From Candidatus Eiseniibacteriota bacterium (GTDB lineage: Bacteria; Eisenbacteria; RBG-16-71-46; CAZAMP01), in contig OZ245046.1 of the NCBI GenBank assembly GCA_965224245.1, positions 960,001 to 1,024,000 on the forward strand: a DNA stretch of 64,000 bases, written 5' to 3'. The notes beneath the pieces are model-generated. The model was given only the letters and a program-made list of their open reading frames with translations. It had not been told where the DNA came from and did not search any database. A program made the translations under genes and the position numbers. Positions 42,116-50,641 of this stretch are shown piece by piece. Numbering within the stretch: the stretch's first letter is position 1; each line of letters starts with the position of its first letter.

Positions 42116-45100
42116 TCACAGGACCTCTTCGTCTATCTCGTCCTCGTCCTTGTCGATCCCGGGAGGCTGGGCCGCCTCCCGGCCGTTCCGGGGCACGGCA
42201 TCGCGGAGCTCCGGTGCGGGCGCGTCGGATGGACTGGCCGGCTCGATGCCCGGGTTCCGACCCGGGCCGGGCGCGTCGCCCGCGGGAGCCGCGCTCAGGG
42301 GCGGACCCGTGCGCAGCTGATCGATGCCCGGACCGGGACGCGGGCCGACCACCTGGGGGAGGACGGGCCTCCCGCCGACTCCACGGAGGAGGTCGTTGAA
42401 GCGTCCGGCCTGCTCCTCCAGATCGGCTTCGAGGGGATCGTACTCCTGTGTTGGTGGTTCCTCGGCCGCCGTGGACGGGGCCTGCTCACTTCTGATCCGC
42501 TCGTGGTACTCCCGCGCCAGTTCATCGGGGTCCGTGCCTCCCATCATCTGTGCCCATACGCCGAAGCCGTAACCTCCACCGTTCAACCAGTCGTACTGAC
42601 GATGCCAGCTGAGATTCGGATCCTCGGGAAGATCCCTGGGGTCGGTTCCCAGCGGATCGACCCGCGAGAGAGGATTCTGGAAGAACGCCTGGTAGGGATT
42701 GATGCTTTGCGGCTCGCGCAGTCCCAGAGGATCGCGTGAGATGAACCGGGCGCAGATCGGATCGTAGTACCGCGCCCGCATGGAGTAGAGATGGCCGTCG
42801 CGCACCACCCCGTACCGCCCGTGGAACGTGAAGGGGCTGTCCGACGCGCCGCTCTCGGCGAGGAGCCTGCCGAGGGCGTCGTAGGCGTAGCTGTCCGTGA
42901 TCGCGCCCGTGCCGTCGGTGAGGAAGATCGTCGAGCCCACCTCGTCGAAGTGGTGGAAGCGCGGCGAGTCGTCCCCGGCGTCGATCGTGTGCAAGAGGAG
43001 GCCGCCGGGTGTGTGGACGCAGTACGTGCGATCCACGGAACCGCGGGCGACACCTCCGTCACGGATCACCGAGATCGCGGGCAGACCGAGTGCGTAGTTC
43101 CAGACGAACCCCTGCGTCTCGGGCCCCTCGGAACGCGTGAGCACGTTGCCGAACGCGTCCCGGGTGAACCCGACCGGGGTCACCCCGTCGGAGTAGCTCT
43201 CGAGGCGTGAGGCCAGGTCCCAGGCGTACGTGTGCGTCCCGTCGTCGAGGAGACGCCCCATGTCGTCGTAGCTCGCGCCCACGACCTGGTTAGCCGGGTC
43301 GTACTCGTACTCGGTCAGTCCGAGTGCCGGTGTGGCGTGGAGCGGCACGTTCCGCACGGCCCCGGTGATGAGCCCCCGCGCATCCCGGGTGAGCGCGATC
43401 GACGAGAGCCCCGGTCCCTCGGTCGTCGCGATCAGGAGGTCCCGCTCGTCGTACGTGAACGCGGTCGTGACCCCGTTGGGTCGCTCGATCGAGGTGAGCC
43501 GCCGGTCGGAGTCGTAGGTGAGCGTCGTCATGCCCACCCAGTCGGTCACCGTGACCGGGAGCCCCCGGGCATCGTAGCCGTAGGTCACGACCTTGCCCGG
43601 GGCCAGGGTCAGCACCTCGAGCCGGCCGTCGGCGTCGTAGGTCATCGAGAGCCCGTTGCAATCGGTCAGTCGGTCGGCGGCGTCGTAGGCGAAGCTCGTG
43701 CCCGTGGCGGTGAGGAGCCGATCGTCGGCGTCGTAGCCGTACGCGAGCAGCGTGCCGTCGGAGTAGCTCCGCAGCACGAGGCGGCCCGCGGCGTCGTAGG
43801 TGAAGTTCACGACGCCGAGCCCGCCGGGGAGTGTGATCTCGCTGACCCGGCTCCGGTCGTCGTAGGTGTAGAAGTACTGGTTCCCGAGGGGATCACTCTC
43901 GGACGTCACGCGCCCGTGCGCATCGGCCGGGTTCTGCCACAGGAAGCCGCGCGGATCGGTGACGCTCGCCACCTGCATGAGCCCGTTCCGATCGTAGCTG
44001 GCCAGGATCCCCGGTGCGGCCAGCGCGACCTCGGAGATCCTCTCGTTGCCGTCGCGGGTGACGTTGGTGGTCGCCGCCACGGGGTCCGTCACGCGCACGA
44101 TGCGGCCCAGTGCGTCGTACGTGTAGCCCACAACATCCCCCAGCGGTGACTGCACCTCCGTGAGCCGACCCAGGGCGTCGCTCGTGAACGTCCACGTGTC
44201 GGCCAGGGGGGAGCGGATCGATGTCGGCACTCCCTCGGCGTCGTACGTGTAGATCCAGATCCCACCCGCCTCGTCCGTCAGCGAGGTGAGCCGACCCCGC
44301 GCGTCGTAGTCGAAGCTCACGACATCGCCCACCGGGTCGGTGATCGTCGCGATCCGTCGGAGGCCGTCTCGGGTGGCAGCGGTCACCAGGCCCAGGGGAT
44401 CGGTCACCGCCGTCAGGTCGTCGTTGAGGTCATACCCGAAGAGCGCCGAATGTCCGAGAGGGTCGGTGTGCATCCGTAGGTTGTCGTTGTCGTCGTAGGC
44501 GAAACCGGTGACGTGCCCGTTCTCGTCGGTGACGCTGGTGACGTTGTCGCTCGGGTCGTAGCCGATCGCGACCGTCACGCCGCCGGGACGGGTGATGAGA
44601 ATCGGGCGCTTGGCCGCGTCGTAGCCATGGGCCGTCGTGTTGCCGGATGGATCGGTGGCCGAGAGGAGCGTGGCGTCGGCGTCGTAGACGTACGTCCAGA
44701 CGCCCCCGTCCGGGTTCGTCACGGTCAGCGCCTGCCCCGCCGGGTTCCGGGTGTAGCTCCAGGTGTTCGCCTCGCGATCGGTGAACGAGACCACGTTGCC
44801 CGCCGCATCGTAGGTGATCGCGGCCGCCGCGCCGGTGGGGTAGTCGATGCCGGTGAGCACGTGGAACGTGAATCCGTCCTGGACCTGCGGGGTGTAGGTA
44901 TAGGTGAACGTGTTCCCGAGGTTGTCCGTCCGGCTCGTGACGTAGCCCGACATGGGGTCATGCGTGAGCGAGCTCGTGTCGCCCAGGCGGTCTGTCGTCG
45001 ATATCCGCCGGTGAAAGCCGTCGTAGGCGTAGTGGACCGTGTTTCCGGCCTCGTCCACGAAGCCCACGAGGCGACGCTCCGGGTTGAAGAGGTGGCTTCG

Positions 45101-47137
45101 CGGATTCCCCAGGGGATCGGTGATCGTCGTCGCGCCGGGCCCGTACGCGAAGCTCGTCACGTTGAGCTCGCCGTCGGCCTGGGCCAGCACGCGACCGTTC
45201 GGGAGGTAGGCGTTCTGGATCGGCACGTTGCCCACGGGCTCGGTGATCGCGAGAATGCGGCTGGCGCCGTCGTACGCGTACTGGGTCGTCTTCGCATCGG
45301 GGTCCGTGACCGTGGTCAGGTCCCTGCCCGTGTAGCCGTACTGCACCGTCCGACCACTCTGGTCGGTGACCGACACGATGCGGGGCGCGGCCCCGCTCAC
45401 CACGTAGCCGAAGCTCAGGGTTCGCCCCACGCCATCGTCGATCAGGGCCAGCGTGCCGTCGGGGTTGTAGGTGAGCGTATGTGTGTTGCCGCTCCGGTCT
45501 CGCACCCGCTCCAGCGGGCTCTGCTCCTGATCGGCCAGGGAGGCGAACTCGAACGTGAACATCAGGCGATTGACCGGATCCATCATCTCGAGCGTCGTGC
45601 CACTCTCGACCAGCTGAAACGGTGTGCCCCGGAAGGTGGTGAACCCCAGCGGGGCCGGCACCATCTGCCAGTCGGGACCCACCTTCTCGAAGAAGATCAC
45701 CATCCCGCGCTGGTAGTAGATCGCGACCCGGGTGGCGCCGAGTCGCAAGAGTGCATACTGATGGTTGTGCACCCAGTTCGCGCCCACGGGGCTGGATCCT
45801 GGAGCGTAGAAGCCCCAGAACGCGGCCGACTGGCCCACGAACGACCCGTGGTGGCGCGCGAAGCGGAGGGGAAGGTGGCCGCCGAGATCGAGGTCGGTGG
45901 CCCACGTGACGTACTCACCCAGCGATGTCACCACCGGATCGCTCGCTGCCGGTGGCGGAGACGGCTCGTTCGAGAGGGTCCGGAGCTCACCGAGCTCACC
46001 GAGCTCGAGCGCGCCGAGTTCGCCAAGCTCGTCGAGTTCACCGAGCGCGCCGACGTCGGAGCCGTTCGACCCACTCGACGGGAGCAGATCCGGATACCGG
46101 TACAGCTCCCCGGAAGTGGGCGGTGGGCGAACCTCTGCCGTCGTCGAGCAGTCGACCGCCGCCCCCCGGTCGTCGGTCACGGTCAACGTGACGACGTAGC
46201 TGTTCGGCGTCGTGTAGACGTGAGTCGGCGTCGGACCGCTTCCCATCGCGCCATCGCCGAAGTCCCAGTCGTAGCCGGCGATGCTTCCATCGGAATCGAA
46301 AGAGCCCGTGCCGTCGAACGTGATCGGCTCGTCGACCACGCCGCCGTAGGGCCCACCCGCGTCGCACACCGGAGGTGAGTTCGACGTCGTGTCGCACTCG
46401 GTGGAGATCGTCAGCTCCACGGCCCAGCGGTCTCCGAACCCGAGGTCGTTCAGGTCGGTCCAGCTGCCGTGCTCCCCGCTCAGGTTGACGTACGCATTGC
46501 CCGGGATCCCCGTTACGCCCTCGCGTCCGATCGACCAGTCCGCGGGAACGGTTCCGTTCACGTAGATCACCCCGACATACAGACGCTCGCCCTCGGTCAC
46601 CTCGCACGGGCATCCCGCGCTGACGAAGGAGACGTACTCGTGAACGACCGGACCTGCCTCGGGGATCGTGACGTCGAGAACCTTGGCGCACTCGCTACCG
46701 CAGGCGTCGTCGGGGATGCCACCTGCATCGCGCCAGAGGTAGAGATGGTATTGATCGCCGGGGTCGGCCTGCTCGAACCGGATGCGGGTTGCGGTCACGA
46801 CTCCGGCCGAGCACGCCTCGACCGCGAAGGCCATCCCGATGAGGTTCTGCGGGGTGCGGGCCGGGAACTCGGCGGGGACGCAATCACCCTGGACGAAGCT
46901 GCCCTCCAGACCCAGCGATGCACCCGTGGGAACCGCTCCCTGATCGGAGACGCACCCGGGTGAAGACCCCGACGCGCGGGCCGCCTCGCCCCGGGAATCG
47001 ACGCCGGTAGGCGGTGTGGTGCGAACGGTCGCTCGCTCGGCGTCTGCCGGCAGGGAGGTCAGGAGCGCGGCCAGGAGCGCAACCATGCCGGGGTATGACA
47101 TGCCTGACTTCCTGAAGACGGCCACGCTGTTGGACAT
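42116..47137 (-). CDS. Rhs/YD-repeat protein: signal peptide, beta-sandwich, PKD, DUF6531-like, YD barrel, Rhs core, Pro/acidic C-terminal cargo
   Basis: PKD AGGPY...YDWDFGDG...VTLTVTDD; DPV..GEY; many YD..GR repeats; core YDALGR...YSMRARYYDP...RFISRDP...NPLSRVDPLG. Confidence 0.92.
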   Translation of the reverse strand: MSNSVAVFRKSGMSYPGMVALLAALLTSLPADAERATVRTTPPTGVDSRGEAARASGSSPGCVSDQGAVPTGASLGLEGSFVQGDCVPAEFPARTPQNLIGMAFAVEACSAGVVTATRIRFEQADPGDQYHLYLWRDAGGIPDDACGSECAKVLDVTIPEAGPVVHEYVSFVSAGCPCEVTEGERLYVGVIYVNGTVPADWSIGREGVTGIPGNAYVNLSGEHGSWTDLNDLGFGDRWAVELTISTECDTTSNSPPVCDAGGPYGGVVDEPITFDGTGSFDSDGSIAGYDWDFGDGAMGSGPTPTHVYTTPNSYVVTLTVTDDRGAAVDCSTTAEVRPPPTSGELYRYPDLLPSSGSNGSDVGALGELDELGELGALELGELGELRTLSNEPSPPPAASDPVVTSLGEYVTWATDLDLGGHLPLRFARHHGSFVGQSAAFWGFYAPGSSPVGANWVHNHQYALLRLGATRVAIYYQRGMVIFFEKVGPDWQMVPAPLGFTTFRGTPFQLVESGTTLEMMDPVNRLMFTFEFASLADQEQSPLERVRDRSGNTHTLTYNPDGTLALIDDGVGRTLSFGYVVSGAAPRIVSVTDQSGRTVQYGYTGRDLTTVTDPDAKTTQYAYDGASRILAITEPVGNVPIQNAYLPNGRVLAQADGELNVTSFAYGPGATTITDPLGNPRSHLFNPERRLVGFVDEAGNTVHYAYDGFHRRISTTDRLGDTSSLTHDPMSGYVTSRTDNLGNTFTYTYTPQVQDGFTFHVLTGIDYPTGAAAAITYDAAGNVVSFTDREANTWSYTRNPAGQALTVTNPDGGVWTYVYDADATLLSATDPSGNTTAHGYDAAKRPILITRPGGVTVAIGYDPSDNVTSVTDENGHVTGFAYDDNDNLRMHTDPLGHSALFGYDLNDDLTAVTDPLGLVTAATRDGLRRIATITDPVGDVVSFDYDARGRLTSLTDEAGGIWIYTYDAEGVPTSIRSPLADTWTFTSDALGRLTEVQSPLGDVVGYTYDALGRIVRVTDPVAATTNVTRDGNERISEVALAAPGILASYDRNGLMQVASVTDPRGFLWQNPADAHGRVTSESDPLGNQYFYTYDDRSRVSEITLPGGLGVVNFTYDAAGRLVLRSYSDGTLLAYGYDADDRLLTATGTSFAYDAADRLTDCNGLSMTYDADGRLEVLTLAPGKVVTYGYDARGLPVTVTDWVGMTTLTYDSDRRLTSIERPNGVTTAFTYDERDLLIATTEGPGLSSIALTRDARGLITGAVRNVPLHATPALGLTEYEYDPANQVVGASYDDMGRLLDDGTHTYAWDLASRLESYSDGVTPVGFTRDAFGNVLTRSEGPETQGFVWNYALGLPAISVIRDGGVARGSVDRTYCVHTPGGLLLHTIDAGDDSPRFHHFDEVGSTIFLTDGTGAITDSYAYDALGRLLAESGASDSPFTFHGRYGVVRDGHLYSMRARYYDPICARFISRDPLGLREPQSINPYQAFFQNPLSRVDPLGTDPRDLPEDPNLSWHRQYDWLNGGGYGFGVWAQMMGGTDPDELAREYHERIRSEQAPSTAAEEPPTQEYDPLEADLEEQAGRFNDLLRGVGGRPVLPQVVGPRPGPGIDQLRTGPPLSAAPAGDAPGPGRNPGIEPASPSDAPAPELRDAVPRNGREAAQPPGIDKDEDEIDEEVL

Positions 47138-47356
47138 CGACGCTCCACGGTTGCACGTTCGGCACGCCTGAATCCTGGCTCACGGCCTCAATGGTGTCAT
47201 ACAAGCACGGGATGGGTGTACTGGAAACCGGGGAGAACGCGCGGCGAAGGCGGATGAGCCCGATCCGGCTGCAGATGAGACGTCCGCCCCCTCGTCCCGA
47301 TCGATGGTTTCGGTTAGAATTCATCCTGGAGTGCGGCTCACGCGGAGGCTCGAAGG

Positions 47357-47899
47357 ATGATGCGCCAGACACGAAACCCCGGTGTGACGAGAGGCTCGAC
47401 GGCGGCGCTGGGCGTCGCGCTGGCCCTGGCACTCACCCTCACGCCCCTCGCCGCCGCCGAGCTCTCGTATGTCTACGACGAGATCGGACGACTCACCACC
47501 GTCGTCCACGGCGACTCGCTGACCGTCTCCTACGAGTACGACGCGAACGGAAACATCCTGTCGGTGGCCGTGGAGTCGGGGATGCTGGACGTGGGAGAGA
47601 GCGAGCCACCCGCATTGCCGACGACGTTCGGGCTCGGGCATCCACCGGAGAATCCCGTGAGGCATTCGACGCGGATCCCGTTTCAGCTCGCCGGGGCCCG
47701 GAAGGTGACGCTCGACGTCTACGACGCCGTGGGGCGCCGCGTCCGGCGGCTCGTGGAGGGCCCCATGCCCGCCGGCTTCCACGATGCGAGCTGGGATGGA
47801 CTCACGGACGGGGGGGCGACGGCGGCGCCGGGGGTTTATCTCTACCGCATCGTTGCCGGCTCCTACACCGCGACCCGGAAGCTCGTCCTCGTCCGGTAA
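47357..47899 (+). CDS. Small secreted protein: ~40-aa YD-repeat module fused directly to FlgD/T9SS-like CTD
   Basis: Signal peptide (...PLAAA); ELSYVYDEIGRLTTVVHGDSLTVSYEYDANGNILSV; CTD ENP...YDAVGRRVRRL...WDG...PGVYLYR. Confidence 0.88.
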   Translation: MMRQTRNPGVTRGSTAALGVALALALTLTPLAAAELSYVYDEIGRLTTVVHGDSLTVSYEYDANGNILSVAVESGMLDVGESEPPALPTTFGLGHPPENPVRHSTRIPFQLAGARKVTLDVYDAVGRRVRRLVEGPMPAGFHDASWDGLTDGGATAAPGVYLYRIVAGSYTATRKLVLVR

Positions 47900-47929
47900 C
47901 CTGCCTTCATGCCTCGACACACGAGACGA

Positions 47930-49468
47930 TCAGTGATCGACGACGAGTCTCCGGGTCTCGCTGGAGCCACCGGCCTCGAGGCGGTAGAAGTAGGTGCCCG
48001 TCGCGACACGCCGTCCGGACTGATCCCGGCCGCGCCAGACACACGCGTGCTGACGACCGCTCGCCACGAACCCGTTCAACAAACTCCGGACGCGGCGCCC
48101 GCTGCCATCGTAGACGTCCAGTCGAACGTACGTGTCCACGGAGACCGAGAACGTGATCCGTGTGCCGGGTCGGAACGGGTTCGGCGCGTTCTGAGCGAGG
48201 GAAAGTCGCACGTTCGGAACGAAGCTCGGCCCGATGACTGCCAGGAGATCCGAGCGCGGCCACTCCACGACGGAGAAGCGATACTGCTGATCGACCCCCC
48301 TGTCCGATTGGCGCAGCTCCACCGACGACGGGCCCACGAGCTGGATCCCGATCGACCCGTGAGGGAAGTCATCGGTGCCCTCGCAGCGTGCGGTTTCCCC
48401 CATGATCGACGTCGAGTCCACTGGCACCGGGACGATCGAGTCCGTCCAGATGTCTTCCCCCGCTCCTGCATCCGTCCAGCGCGTGCCCGACAGGTGCTGG
48501 ACGGTCATGCGATCGTTCGACACGATCCAGGCCACGGTCGTGATGGAGCTCGGGTCCGGCACGGTGCTCGGAAGCTGAAAGCGGATCGTGTCGACGTCCG
48601 AGAGCCACACCTCGGCGCCCTGCTCATCCACTCGAGAGCCGCCGCTCCGGTGCTGAGCATGAAGGAACGTCCGTGCAGGGGCGAAGGGCGTGGGAAGAAC
48701 CTCGTCCTCGACGTCACCGGCCGAGTCGTAGACGTGCTCGACTCGTTGCATGGACCAGTTCTCGCCCGTGAGCTCGATGACGGCGTAGGAGACGGTCGCC
48801 TCGAACCCCGTGCCGCCTCGCGTGAGTACGGGCTCGTCCCAATCGGGATCCCAGGCCGCCGTACACATCGCCTGATGAACGCCGTCGGGCGTGGAGTGGC
48901 TCGAGGCCTGGCCCGTGATGAACACGACGACGTCGTCGTGATCGAGGATCCCGGATGTGGCGTCCCCCCGAGCTTCATCGGCCCAGACGGGATCGAACGA
49001 GACGAAGCCCGTCCCGCGAACCTCGACGGCATTCGCGCCGGACGACTCTCCCTGGTACTCGACGAGCTCCCACGTGATCCGTGTGTCGCCCTGGTCGGAG
49101 TACCGGCTGAACGTGAAGTGAGTATCGAGGCTGCCGGCTTCGGAGATCCAGACCATCCATCGGTCCGCATCCTGGCGTCCGCCGCCGCTCGTCGCTCCCA
49201 TGCCCGTGAGTCGGGTGCCGGTGATGCGGACGAACGCAGGGCCCACGGGAGGCACGTAGTCGAGCGCGGCCGCAGTCATCGACACGTCGGTGCTACCGTG
49301 TTCGATCACGGTCGTTCCGCGTTGCACGGAGAAGTCGCTGGACGCCGTAGCGCCGGTGGCAGCGAGCGTGAGGCCGAGGACGAGTGCGGGCACGCTGCCG
49401 GCCAGCCACGAGCTCGTACCCATCCTCCGCAGGGTCTCCCGGGTCCGTGTGATGAGATCGGCGTGCAT
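47930..49468 (-). CDS. Secreted hypothetical protein (repeated 'VQRG...W..VE' beta units) with FlgD/T9SS-like CTD
   Basis: GGGAG RBS before ATG 49468; hydrophobic leader; LAQNAPNPF...YDGSGRRVR...TGTYFYRL. Confidence 0.8.
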   Translation of the reverse strand: MHADLITRTRETLRRMGTSSWLAGSVPALVLGLTLAATGATASSDFSVQRGTTVIEHGSTDVSMTAAALDYVPPVGPAFVRITGTRLTGMGATSGGGRQDADRWMVWISEAGSLDTHFTFSRYSDQGDTRITWELVEYQGESSGANAVEVRGTGFVSFDPVWADEARGDATSGILDHDDVVVFITGQASSHSTPDGVHQAMCTAAWDPDWDEPVLTRGGTGFEATVSYAVIELTGENWSMQRVEHVYDSAGDVEDEVLPTPFAPARTFLHAQHRSGGSRVDEQGAEVWLSDVDTIRFQLPSTVPDPSSITTVAWIVSNDRMTVQHLSGTRWTDAGAGEDIWTDSIVPVPVDSTSIMGETARCEGTDDFPHGSIGIQLVGPSSVELRQSDRGVDQQYRFSVVEWPRSDLLAVIGPSFVPNVRLSLAQNAPNPFRPGTRITFSVSVDTYVRLDVYDGSGRRVRSLLNGFVASGRQHACVWRGRDQSGRRVATGTYFYRLEAGGSSETRRLVVDH

Positions 49469-49958
49469 CGATCGTCTCCCGAGAGCGGGGGCCCGCTGCC
49501 GGCATGTGTCAGGTACGAGTCTAAGGCATCTGGAGTGAGGCGAGATTCGCCGCGCCGACATTGAATGCTGATCACCAGGAGCGTGGTCGCTGCCAACCAC
49601 GGGCTCGAGGGGCCTCTCCGCACCGTTGCCTGAAACGGCGCTCGGCTCATCGTCGTGGCCCGCTGACAGGTAAGGAACGGCCAGCTGGTCGGCGGAGCCG
49701 AGCCCAGCGGCCCGCCTGGATGTGCCTGCAGGACACGGGCCCCTCTCGCGGTGTCCTGGAGGCTCGATCCCGACGAGAGCGCCTTCATGCACCGCGCGAG
49801 GCGGAAGACCGCACATGGCGTTGCCGAACGTCGTGCGCTCCGCTACGGTACACTCTGGCCCAGGGTCCGAGGGGAAGGCACTCCGGCCCGTGCAGAGCGT
49901 CGATGTGGCTCCCGCGTCGCGGAGCCACCGGTCATGTACCCCGACCTGGAGGCGCCCG

Positions 49959-50606
49959 TTGACCCGAGTGCTCATCGTCGCGTCGCTTGCGGTGCTGCCG
50001 GCCACCTCTGCCGCCTGGGACGAGATCCAGCGCCAGCAGGTGAACGACGAAGCCGAGATGTTCGCCTCGCACTGCTACGAGGAGATGTGGAACGAGGTCG
50101 CCGACGATGTGTACCTCGAGGGTGCGCTCGTCCAGGCAATCTCGTGGTGGGGGTTCTCCTACCACGATCGTGACCGGCTCGACTTCTACATCCGGTTCTA
50201 CGAGCGCACGGCGGAGGGAGCACCCGGAGCACTGGTCTACGAGCACCTGGCCGTGGACGTACCGGGTGAGGTCCGTCCCCCGTGGGGTCGGGAGTATCTC
50301 GCCGAGATCCCTCCGTTCCTGGCCAACGGCGACTACATGCTCAGCATCGTGGAGTACTGCCGAGACTACTACTTTCGCTGGCGGACCGGCGATGGCAACG
50401 ACGTGACGATCTGGATCCGTGGTGATCTCGATGGGGTTTCGCAGGGAGAGTGGACGAGTGGCGATCACCCCTGGATCGGCCTCGACGGGATCGACATGTC
50501 GTTCGTCCTGTGGGGCGAGCTACCGGCGACGCCGACCGAGGGCGTGAGCTGGTCGCGCATCAAGTCGACATATCGCGGATCGAGGCTCTCGAGCGGCCAG
50601 CGATGA
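49959..50606 (+). CDS. Secreted hypothetical beta-sandwich ('ADD...ISWWG') with short 'SWSRIK' tail
   Basis: GGAGG RBS before TTG 49959; MTRVLIVASLAVLPATSAA signal; ends ATPTEGVSWSRIKSTYRG... Confidence 0.75.
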   Translation: MTRVLIVASLAVLPATSAAWDEIQRQQVNDEAEMFASHCYEEMWNEVADDVYLEGALVQAISWWGFSYHDRDRLDFYIRFYERTAEGAPGALVYEHLAVDVPGEVRPPWGREYLAEIPPFLANGDYMLSIVEYCRDYYFRWRTGDGNDVTIWIRGDLDGVSQGEWTSGDHPWIGLDGIDMSFVLWGELPATPTEGVSWSRIKSTYRGSRLSSGQR

Positions 50607-50641
50607 CGGAGTCGTCTCGAAGCAGCTCGCGGTATGATGCG

